A stretch of DNA of 64,000 bases from Botryllus schlosseri. Taxonomy: Eukaryota. The position numbers and the translations under genes are program-made. Location of the stretch: NCBI GenBank assembly GCA_051294905.1, contig CM119376.1, positions 9,672,001 to 9,736,000 of the forward strand, written 5' to 3'. Below are positions 40,301 to 52,300 of this stretch, in pieces (position 1 is the stretch's first letter; each line of letters starts with the position of its first letter). The notes beneath the pieces were generated by a model. The model ran no database searches and had not been told where the DNA came from. It saw only the letters and a program-made list of their open reading frames with translations.

Positions 40301-43300
40301 AAATATTCTTCTTGCAATATCGAATGCAGTCACATCCGATTATTTGCTAAAACTATGAAGCAAAGGAACTGGTTGAAACTATACATATTTGAGAATTCTT
40401 CAGATCATATCATTCGACACCACTACTTAAAGTAATTTTAACATATCTTGAAAATCATTTCTTCTACTTGTAATTTAGTAGAAACTCACTGCATTGGTTC
40501 TACATCTAATTCAATAGCAGTGCTTACTACTGTGATCCTAATCTATCGGTATATAAGTTATGCAGCAAGATAACTTACCTCAGTCAATCCAGTCTCGTTG
40601 GCGTAGAGTCCGGTTAAACAAGGGGTGGGCGCGGCACAGCCGTCTGGCTCGCAACTGCAGTAACTGTTAATTGGGCATATGCTTCCCCCGTCGGTGACTA
40701 GATCCTGTGAATGAATTGACTGGTAAATAGTAGCCAAAAGGATGCCATTAATTGATAAATGTCCTGAGCTTATGCATGCATTTCTACTACTTGAAAATAT
40801 CGCAAGACAGCAGAGCAATGGGAATTCGTAAAAAGTCTATGGTAGGTTGGTAACCGGCCTGGATTGAAAACAGTTACAAAATATATTGATGTTCATGGAG
40901 TTTCGTTACACAATCACGGCATGATAACTGACAGGGTTATAAGCACCACATTTCCTCTTTACAGAGTCAGTCAGAAGAGAAGTATTGCATAACTCCTGGG
41001 GTTAGAATACTTTTGATGTGCTATCGGTCTATATTAAACATGGGTAAATTGTAAGTAAATAACTTGGAATTAGCCAAGGGTACCAGGCAAATTCTGCGCT
41101 AAACCGTGCTATCAATGATGCCAATTATCTCCCGATAAAAATACTTCACTTTCATCTTCAGATCATCAAATTGGAGATAAATTACCCATGTATAGTTCTT
41201 CCAAACTGCTTCCCATTTTCTATTTGCTGTGTTTCACATAGGAAACTATCCAACATCCTAGTTCGCAACCCAAAGAGAAGTAAAATATGCTACTTTACCC
41301 TAAACATTGTTGATTCATTAAGATTACTTGTATCGAGCAATATAGGGTAGTTAATATAAATTCCAAGCCCAACAATATAATCGAGAGCTATGTCTGCTGC
41401 AAAATATCCCACAATACTAAATTTGCGAAAATAATTACCAGAGGCCGTGGTGAAGAGGCTCCTCCCACGCAGTAGAATGCTGGATCGCAAACGCCGGTGA
41501 AGGTGGTAAGGCCAGTACTGTTGCAGTACTTTCCGGCGGAACAAGGCCTGCATTGCAAGTAGCACAAGGTAATGGAAGTCGATTCATCGATTGGATATGC
41601 TAGCACCGGGAGGCTTCTTGAGTGATGCAGATTTAAAACTCCCATTTAATTGTAGTGCCATTAGCAATTTTGCCATGGTCATGCCAGGAATTTTTGAAAT
41701 TTTGAGATAGATATTCATCGCATATTATTTTAAAACATAGTCAGAGATAGCTTGTACGTACAAGTTAATTAATTCAAGCAACTAATGAAAGAGTACTGAA
41801 GACTATTATTAAAACCATAATTTCTAAGTTCTTTTTGAAGTACTCAAGTACTGTCAAGAAATTCACTGTTTTTTTTATTAAAAGTCGCGGCATACATACT
41901 CGCATTCATCCTCGCTGCCTGCTCCAACATTTGGATAGAATGTCCCGACAGGACAGGGCAGCATAGCGGTAGCACGTTCAGGACAGTACATGCCGGCATA
42001 GCATCTTTCGCCTTCGGACGTACTCACAGCTATACGGGATATGTAATTGTTTATGCTCTGTTGAGTAAAAACCCCTCCTTTTTACCATACCTTCATCGCC
42101 TTGTTGTGATGGTTCGCTCAATCTTGATCCGTTATAGCATATATAACCGGCCGAGCAATTGCCAGTGGGTTCCGTTGCGCCCAATTGATTGCAATACTGG
42201 CCGCGTGGACATGGTTCGCAACCGTTGATGTCTTTTTGGTTTGTGCTGTAAAATAGAATGGCAAAGTTGAACAAATTACACTGCTACGTGTACTTTATGC
42301 GGCCCATTAAATCAGAATATTGATCAAATCAAAATCTGAATTTTGTTGCTGAAATCAACTCGATCCACTAAATTACTCCGGGAAAAATTGTGATTTTCTA
42401 TCTTATCTGATTTGCAAAAATTTCAGTCACGTTAGCATCCAAAATCCTGTCCTACCGCAAGAAGACGTTTATCTATTTCTTTTTCACACCAACACACATT
42501 TGCAAGAACAGAGAATGATTTGTTAAATGATGAGGCGAAAGAGTATACAAAAAAACACAAAAGTACTACAGGCAGCATGATAAGAAGACTTATTCCTTAA
42601 TTAAAAGTAGAACTGACCAATGTATTAGGTTTAGCCAAAAGGCTACAAAACCTGGAAGTCCTGTCATGTGTGTACGAAATCTTCTTGAAATCAACAGATA
42701 CTATCCAAGACATACAGAATTTAATGCAGACGTTATTGCATGATAGGTTTCGAAATGTATCTCCGTGTATCATGTGTATAAGACACTTTTATATTTGAGG
42801 TAAATTATAACGTTTTTTTGGTGACTCGACTTGACTCGAGTCATTTTCTGTGTATTGACTCTACTAGTATTCAAGTCATTGAGCATGACTCGTACTATGT
42901 CATATGACTCGAGACTCGCACGGCTAATACCGACACATCAATGTAGTTTCAAAGAATAATAAAGTTACCACACTATTAGTATTTCCACTAGTAGTACTCG
43001 TACTTGAAGACACGACCAGAAACTGTTAAAGGTGTGGAAAATTAGTATATTATGAATAGCTTCTTGGAGGGACTTCAAAAATGACTTTTTTTCTCAAATC
43101 GTACTGGCTACTTGATAAAATTGTTAGGTTACCTAATTTAAGCCTACACACAAAATTTGGTTTAATTCCAGCCAGTAACCGCTTTGCTACAGGAGAAGAA
43201 AGTTTATATTTATTATATAAAATTAAATAATAAAAAATTTGAAAATTTTCTGTTCACTCCATGAAAGTGTTAGGCTGTCTATAGAAACGATGCTCACCAA

Positions 43301-46300
43301 ATTTCGTTCAATTCCAACCAGTGGAAGCGGAGTTATTGCTGTCGAAAAATTGGGATTTGAATAAAATAGTATTTACGGTGACCGATTCTTTGTTTATTTA
43401 TTATAATTGTGCTCACCGTGAATACTATTTTATTCAAATCCAAATTTTTCGACGGCAATAACTCCGCTTCCACTGGTTGGAATTGAACCAAATTTGGTGA
43501 GCATCGTTTCTATAGACAGCCTAACACTTTCATGGAGTGAACAGAAAATTTTCAAATTTTTTATTATTTATTTTCATATATTAAATAGAAACTTACTTCT
43601 CCTGTAGCAAAGTGGTTGCTTGCTGGAATTGAACCAAATTTTGTGTGTAGGCTTAAATTAGGTAACCTAACAATTTTATCAGGTAGCCAGTACGATTTGA
43701 GAAAAAAAGTCATTTTTGAAGAGCCCTACTGTATATTCAAATAGAAATGAACCCGAATATTTTCGGCTGACAGTAGTTGCTCACGATTACCCCTGACGAG
43801 TGTCAGCTGAAAATATTCGGGTTCATTTCCATATGAATATACTGTTCAATTATATTATGAATGGAAAGCGTTCGATATCACCAAGCAGAGTTGTAAAAAG
43901 TGGGTTTAAGAATGCTTCAACTCGAATCTGGACAGCTAACACAATGACTTGGTCTCGGACTCAAATCATAAGACTATGACTCGGACTCGACCTTCTGCTC
44001 GCAGCTAAAATGATCAGAGTGAAAATTTTTTAACAAAAAATTCTACTCGCCCACATCACAACGGGCAAGGCATATTTATGGTAATTTGATTGTACTTTGC
44101 ATCAACAATGAATATTGGCTTGATATAAATGGAAAAATTGAAAGATGACTCACGCAGGATTATAAGTTCCAAGGGGGCAAAGATCGCCTCGTTCGTTGTA
44201 CGTTCCGATGTAGGCAACCACTGTTTTGTTGTACGAGAATGTAGCGTTCAGATATGGAGATGGACAGTAGCTTCCTACAAGTAAGGTTAGTTCATTAACG
44301 ACTATGCAGATGCACCGTGTGTTGTCTATCAGCTATAAACAGTCGCAGCAGCCAGCAGTGGTTACTAATACTGTAGTTCAACTTTTTTCAAATAATCGGG
44401 AATGAGTTTTATAATTGCCCAACTTACTGTCGGCTTTAATTTTACACGACTTAAATTTCCGCGTTATAGGTTTTGAGTAAAATCATTGAAATCAAGCAGC
44501 AATAGAAAATTACTATGTAGCATAGCATGTAGTAAACAGTACTTCCTTTACTTCCTCTCCACAGCTACCTATTTCACCTGAATACATATTAATTAATTGA
44601 AATGAACTGGCCAGCGTCTTTCAGATTACCTGATCAAATCGAATGAACGAAACTTACCCGCGGGACATGGTATGCCAGTCGCCATTCCCGTATAAGGACA
44701 GGTGAACCCTGGCTCACAAGGCAAGCACGTTTCCGAAGTCCCTTCCGGCTGGTAGGTACCCAGCGGGCATTCCGTCTGTTCAAACGACCCCACTGGGCAG
44801 TAAGTGCCTAGAAAAGATTTCCAAATAAAATCTTATTCGCTGGAATGGAAAGACTTTCCAATACCGTTTGCGCATGGGTTCTGGAACGGCGTGCTAGACC
44901 CTGTCGTACAAAAGTACCCAGCGGCACAAGGCCCATCCGGTTCCGGGCTGGATGCCGCGGAACAGTAAAACCCTGCATCGCACTGCTTGCAATCTCTAGC
45001 GTTAGTTTGTCCCGCGGAGTTGCTGTAAGTCCCAGGCGGACAAGCCGTTTGATTACACCTTCCTTGCTCGCAATAACCTCCTCTCGGGCACAATTCCCCG
45101 GTAGTCCCGTCGATGGGGTCTGACTGATTCGAACCCGAGTAACACAAGTACCCTGCGTCACATTGCCCTCGGGGCACCACCATTCCTTCGCTGTCGCAGT
45201 AATACCCGCAGTCGCACAAAGTGCAGTTGTCTGGCGATGTGAGACCAGCGGAGTTTCCGTACGTGCCTTTTCGGCAAGGTTCCGGTACTTCGCGGCCCTC
45301 GACGCAGTAATACCCTTGAGTGCATTCCAACGGATTCACCGACCCTGATGGGCAATACCAGCCCGCAGGGCATATTGCACAGTCTTCTACTACTTCAGCG
45401 TTAGGTGTGTCTCGATATGTTCCGCCTGGACACGCGATCTGAAATATATACGATAAACATAGTAAGCTAGGGGTTATTGAAATTCAACTTCAACCCTAGG
45501 GGCCACCGCCCACTGGTTGGGAACCCGTGCTATAAACTAAATTTTCTTCAAGCACTGCATCTTACACAGAGCAGCAATGATTTTCTGTCATCTCTTATCA
45601 ACATTAAAATATTGTGTTATTGAGTCTAATACGTATAACCAGTTTTAGTCGTTCACAACAATAGTAGAATACCGTATTGTGTTTTTTAAAGAGTCAAACC
45701 CATTTTTGACTTCATTTCCGCTGATATGAGTCGACAATTGCACATGGTGTATCTTAAGTAGGCCTATGGTGGTCACATATTATGTTGTTATATGATTTCT
45801 CCATTGCTGGTTAGTTTGAAAAACCAAATGGTGTGATGTACAAAATTACCTGACGGGGTCCATAAGATCCAATCAAGGGCAGTTCGGCCATCGTATCAGG
45901 AAACACGTTCGGTATCTCAGTAGGGCAGAAATAGCCAGGATCGCAATTGCCCGATGTGCTCCAAGATCTTTCCAAACAAAAATATCTGCAGAAAAATCAC
46001 ACAATGACGCACAGATCCGTGACATTCAAACCATAATATTACCCGGCAGTGCAAGGCAAGCAATCTGTAATATTGCCTTTGGTAGTATCAGGGTTGTAGG
46101 TTCCAGTGGGGCAGGGTACCTCAACGGGCGTTTCCTCGGGACAGTAATGTGCTTTCGTGCAGTCCTCCTTATTGGATTCCGATTGTAAGCCAGCGCGGCA
46201 GTAATAACCGGCGGGGCATTTTTTGTTGTTGATCATGTCATCGTAAGAGGTGGTGTTGTTGTCACAATAATATCTGTGAGACATAAAGGAATGAGCAGAG

Positions 46301-49300
46301 TGCAGCCGCTCAATACAGCCAAATCTAATTAGACACAAGCAAATACTAATGAATTTTTCACTTATGTCAAAAAAGATGAATTGCATGAGGCAGATATAGC
46401 AATTGTGCAATAGAATAGGGGTTATTTCAACAATAAATGTTTGTTAGGGGACAAATAAGTGACAAATAAGTGAACAATGCTAACACTCCCCAAACATGAA
46501 GTTTTGTATAGTACAAAATAGGTAGTGTCTACTGTCTACCACTCAAATAGACACTACAAGCACTAAGATTTCAAACAATATCTAAATAATTAAAAACTTG
46601 AGAGTATGTGAAAATGTAAATAGATGACAGTTTGAATATCCAAAGATAGCAGTCATCAAGAATAAGTGTAACTGGGTTCTTAACTCACATTGGCTATTTA
46701 TAGCAAAAGCTACGCTTTTCTGGAAAGGATGGTCTCATACGTAGGAACAGTAGCCCCAAATCACAGTTTTGTAACTAATTGCTAGGAAAATTACGAAAAA
46801 TATTCAGGACTACAATTATCAGCTAACCATTTTTTTTATTTCTGAATCCTAACCTAATCTATCTATTTACCTGATATTATGGTAGACATGAGGAAGTGGC
46901 ATGCATGTAAGTCGTAGATTACAATCTCAGTACGCACAAAACATCCTTACCCCGCCAAACAGATTTCACACTCAGAGTTGCCGGGCATGGAAAATTTTCC
47001 CAAACCACACCCCGTGGTTGTGACGTCACCATTCATGCACAAAGATCCGGCCGGGCACTCAATACAATCGCTTTCTCGGCCGGCGGGCTGCCCGACCACG
47101 CTGGTATCGTCAGATGCATTGGTAGCACCATATGGCATGTACGTGCCGAGGGGGCATTCCACAGGATTCACGGTGCCTTTCTCGCAGTAATGACCTGACA
47201 AGAAAATCACGATGAGCTGAAATACATAGTCTGTTCGCAGGGGGCAATGACTAGAGTCATGACCAGACATGGGGTGATTACTTCATGAATGTAATCGATT
47301 GCGATTACGATTACTTCTGAATCACGCGATTACGATTACGATTACACCAAAATCAGTAAGTAGTCGATTACGATTACAATGGAAAAGTAATCACGATTAC
47401 TCACGATTACATGTATTTTGCTTCTTAGAACTAATCTTAGAAGATATATTGAATGACAACAACAGGATTCCGATGAAAAGGCGTAATGAGAACACAATTT
47501 TATTTATAGATAATACGTCATTAGCTTGTTACGTCATAATGTACCAAATGCCCAACTTTATAGGGGACGAGTTATCGCACCCAACGATTTGCATTCTTGC
47601 CAGGTCCGTAACTGCCGCAACCCAAGCTCCTCAGTAGCTTGAGAGCGAGCTCGAAGGTGACTAAAAGGTTTTTAGTAAATCAACATACATTGCAGGTTGG
47701 GTTGCATTTAAAACAAACGGCGTTTTAAACAAATGCCTTTTTTTTTAAATCAAAATTATTTTTTAAGTATGTTGTATGTTTGTTGTATGAACCTACGGAC
47801 TACTACCACATGATATAGCCGACGTATATCGATATGGGATGGTTGGAATTAGGGTTGGGACTTCGGGATCAAATTTGAAATCCCGGGATCGGGATTTCCC
47901 GGGATTTGCGCTTCTCAATCCCGGGATTTCCCGGGATTAGCAAAGTAGTAAAATACCCATACAAGCTACACACACAACATTTATTCCTTGTAGTATTGAC
48001 GAAAAAACATGCTCCCGTGAATATTAATGAAACCCAGCGACCGAAGGCCACCCGGATAATGAGCGTTTAAATTCATGTACCGCCTGTTTCGTGTAGATTG
48101 TAGAAGTTGATTCGTCAAACGTGATCGAAAAACGTCCAATGCTGCGTTTCATTGCCATAAGCTCTTCTTCCACACACTTACGGATACTTGCTGTGCTCGA
48201 TCACCAAGTCACGTTTGCGACATCTTGACAAGTGATGGCCATAAGCCTTGAAGGCCCGACGAATTCACTCACTTTGGGTAATTGAATAAATATTAACTCG
48301 TCCACAGAAGTTAACTGGTTAAGAAGTTCATTGAGGCGAGGCTACAATGGTCATTTACACCAGGCTGATATTTCCTATTTTTGATTCCGTAACCGCCGAC
48401 TTGTAGCACGGCACACTTCTAGGCTTTTGTAAGGCACCGGTTATGCCAGGGGTAGCCAACTCAAAATGGGTCGCAGGCCACTTTTCAAATTTCGTAGAGG
48501 ACGCAGGCCGCATGAATTCAATATCGAGATTTATTAGGCCACACAGTTGAACAACGACGCTATCTCGTCACCTACTCAACCCTAATGAAATGATGGCTTG
48601 GTAAATTAGGGTTACCGGGCTTATCGAACGCCTTGAAATCTTAATTAGGGATTTCACCGTGTGTTGATTGGTCAGAGAGAAACAGATATGGCGGCGCCTG
48701 CATGACAATGTTATTCTCAAATCCACATTGCCTTGGCCATTATCGGCGAGAAATGTCTTTGATCTGACATTGCCGTCGTTCAAATACATTCATTAAATAC
48801 GATTTATTCCTTGTATATGTGGATAAATTGGCGAATAATGTATCGATTCAGCAATCCGGCCCGCCAAGTACTTAATTTTCCTATATCCGGCCCGCCGACT
48901 GGAGAAGTTGCCCGCCCCTGGCGTAGTACATTGTTATGCCATAGCTGGCTTTAATATCAAATAATTGTAAATTGTTTTAGACAATCAGCAGAGTTTGTGA
49001 CATTGCTTTATTACCAAAATAAGAGATATGGCGCTACGTAAGCCTTGAAAAATGCTCTTTACAAATCCCGGGATTTCATTCGGAGTAATCCCGGGATGGG
49101 GATTGCTTCAAATCCCGGGATCCCGGGATCGGGATTTCCCGGGGTCCCAACGCTAGTTGGAATGGACCCCTTAAATAGTCGGCTTAACGGCAATACTACA
49201 GATATTTCGTCAAATGAGCAATATTTACCAAACATTTTCAATTGTTAGTGTCGATCCAGTATGACATCACAATTGAATGTTTGGTACGTCATGGCTTAAA

Positions 49301-52300
49301 ATTGAAAAAATAAAATTGAAAAAACATGTTTTGAACAACGGTCTTGTTTCAAACATGTTTTTAAATTTAATATTGTTTCAAATGCAACCCTTACGGTATA
49401 TTCGAGAGATTTAATTAATTTGAAAATGTTCTTTGCGCTTCGCCATTTCATGTCTCTAGATAACTTGAATTAGAAATGCATACGTCTCGCTCTCAGAAAA
49501 AAAAAACATGCCTAATCAATAGGAATATGCATTTTGTTGCCAGTCATTACCGCGCCACGACACACCAAAAGACATACGCAGTTTCGGTCAACATGAATCT
49601 CCACTAGGGCTGTTCAAAAATAACTTTTTTTCCTGAATCTTGCTGGTTACTTGATTAAATCGTTAGGTTGCCTTAAAAAACGACGCATACCAAATTTGAA
49701 TTCATTCCGACAAATATTCGCGGGTTACGTAGAGTTTGAAAATTTTGGATTTGCCCAAAAACGCAAAAAAAAATTTTTCTCAAATTTTTTTGCCAACCCC
49801 ATGAAATTGTTGGGCTGTCTTCAAAAACTATGCAAAACAAATTTGACTCAATTCCACGCCGTAGAAGCGGAGTTATTCCAGTTTTTCGGTGATAATTCTT
49901 GGATTATCCACCAATCAAGGATAATCCCATAATTATCGAATAAAAACTGAAATAACTCCGGTTCTACAGCTTGGAATTGAGTCAAATTTGTTTTGCATAG
50001 TTTTTGAAGACAGCCCAACAATTTCATGGGGTTGGCAAAAAAATTTGAGAAAATATTTTTTTTGCGTTTTTGGGCAAATCCAAAATTTTCAAACTCTACG
50101 TAACCCGCGAATATTTGTCGGAATGAATTCAAATTTGGTATGCGTCGTTTTTTAAGGCAACCTAACGATTTAATCAAGTAACCAGCAAGATTCAGGAAAA
50201 AAAGTTATTTTTGAACAGCCCTAATCTCCACGAAGTATGCTACCAAAGAAAGACCTAGGCCGAAACTTTGGGTATTTGTCCCCTGTCAATAGGCGCGCTG
50301 GATGGGCGTGACGAATAGTCCTGTCCTTCCAATCTGAGCGCCACAACATAAATGCCACAGTGTGCACCCACAAAGGAATGAAAATATGACAATTTGTGTG
50401 TGCGTCTCACAAAAGTTTTAGTCTGCTACGTTTGGGTGACTACAAGATATTTTGATATTATAATTATGAATTACATGCCCCCAGCTCTACTGGTAAATTT
50501 AACCATCGGGAATTGAGAGAGGATTACAAATGAACGGTAATATAATGGAATTCAGTCATCAACCTGGAAATCGACCACCCTATATGGGGCCCAAGACCAA
50601 CGTTTTGAGTGGGTGACCAATTGCTGTTTTGGTCCGGATTCTAGCTACAGGCAATGCTAACATGGTGTATAAGCGGATGGCTATGGCGACAGGTCCAAAT
50701 TCTGAGTAAAGAATTGCAAAATAACTATTGACGCCCGTTTCAGGTAGAGTTACATGAGAAGAAGATAAGTGAACATGAACATACTGCCTTCCACTTAATA
50801 CAGATACTGCAAACAACGGCTCCGTTATCAGCAGCTGTTGGTTTTTAATGATTCATTGTGGAAATCAAAGTGTTTCTTTCATTTGACGAGTACAACGTTT
50901 CAAATCTCTCTCCGGTGTACTTTGTATACAGATAGGCCTACTGCCAGACAAGCAACAACGGTCAAGCCGCGTTAAACTAAGCATAACCAGACATCAATAT
51001 ACTTTATACACAGTCACTATTTGGAACTAGGCAGACTGGTGATGATTATCCTGCTGCGAGGTAGTGGCGTTTGGACTCTGGAGTGTATATGATAAGCTGA
51101 TATACAGCAAGGCAGGCGTATATCTACAATGTAAAATGTACATCGAACGTCTATTTACTATGTGCGGATTCTTCTTACGCAATGACGAGCAAAGCTAACA
51201 CTTCTGACGTAATAATGGGCAGTGACGTTTGAAAATCAGAATTCTGTGCTATCAATGAACCTGGTGTAACCACTCTTCCTTGTTCACAAATGTTCGGATT
51301 ATGTCATAGTTCTTGTACAATTAAAAAGTAATCGTGTTTTCACTAAGAAATCGATTAGATATGTGAAGTAGTCGATTACGATTACGATTACTTCGGATTT
51401 TTTTCGAATGTAATCAATTGTGATTACGATTACTTGAAAATGCTGTAATCGTCGTAATCGATTACAATTACTAATCGCGATTACCCCATGTCTGGTCATG
51501 ACTCGACATAAGTCGCGACTTTTAGATGACTCGACTTGCCTCAAATCGTTTTTTCAAATGAGTAAAATGACTTGACACAAGTCAATCTTTGTATTGACTC
51601 GAATTGTACTGAGTCACTGTGCAATGTGCATGACTCGAACTAAGTCGTATGACTCGAGACTAGAACGGCCCAGACAGACATTCCATTGTAACTTTGAAGA
51701 ATAGTGTAAAGTTTTCGCACTATTCGTATTTCGTCTATCAGTCCTGATACTTGGAAAATAGGGCCAGAAACTGTTACGACTGAAAATTACTATATTATGA
51801 ATGCGAGCCATTCAATGTCACTCGAGCAGAGCAGAAAAAAGGAGGTTGAACCAGATTGAACTCAAAACTGAACAGTGAACACAATGACAGATCTTATAAA
51901 TATGGACGATGTAATTTTATAGATCTAGCTTAAACAAAGACCTTTCACCCCTTAAATTAGTCCATGGAACCCCTAGAATGATGTTTGGCAGAGTAGGCCT
52001 ACACGTTGAAAATTGACTGCATTCAACGTTGTTGCATATGACCCACTGAGCTTGTGTTTAAGTTTAAGCAGAGTTTCAAGCACATTTATGGCATTTACAA
52101 GTGGTCAGTCAAATTTTTAAACTAAAGTTAGAGCTGCTGTAGAAGGCTCTATATTTGAGACATTATACTAAATGAAAATGAACGTTGCACTTAAAAATAT
52201 GTTGCTCAGGGATTTTTAATTGACATACCTTGCGTGCATGGCTTGCAATCATCCTGAGCATCTTTTCCAAACGTAGGATTATACGTTGTGTTATCACAAG

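Larger units (their letters stand above)
43058..43850. mobile_element. Family A element interrupted by family B
   Basis: AGCTTCTTGGAGG tail at 43058; remainder at 43729-43850; 12-bp TSD. Confidence 0.7.
42820..44000 (+). mobile_element. Family C copy interrupted by a family A + family B insertion
   Basis: Family C sequence resumes after 43862; 12-bp TATATTATGAAT duplicated at 43046-57 / 43851-62. Confidence 0.72.
47850..49155 (-). mobile_element. hAT deletion derivative, 1,306 bp
   Basis: TIR TAGGGTTGGGAC / GTCCCAACGCTA; 8-bp TSD GTTGGAAT; CCCGGGAT subterminal arrays. Confidence 0.88.
47699..49390. mobile_element. Nested element with GGGTTGCATTT termini
   Basis: IR GGGTTGCATTTAAAACAA / TTGTTTCAAATGCAACCC; no TSD seen. 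Confidence 0.55.
47264..51494. mobile_element. 4.2-kb hAT-type element inflated by nested insertions, itself inserted in a family C left end
   Basis: TIR CAGACATGGGG; 8-bp TSD GTCATGAC (47256-63 / 51495-502); GATTAC subterminal arrays; flanks rejoin as a family C terminus. Confidence 0.8.

Noticed and set aside
40127-40333. GC-rich intronic ORF (68 aa) as a possible alternative exon
   Set aside because: No Cys-repeat pattern and no convincing splice sites; phase 0/0 exons 28 and 29 join without it.
550-45373. Numerous overlapping alternative-frame and plus-strand ORFs over exons (e.g. 5696-6289, 12504-12971, 20226-20804)
   Set aside because: Shadow frames of the GC-richer exons, with no coherent protein features or splice support.
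49651-50177. Two opposite-strand ORFs with the same N-terminus (MIKSLGCLKKRR...)
   Set aside because: Artefact of the family B palindrome; the same sequence is read on both strands.
49605-50223. Tc1/mariner assignment of family B based on TA at both ends
   Set aside because: The TA is part of the TAGGG TIR; an 8-bp TSD (ATCTCCAC) lies outside it, indicating hAT.
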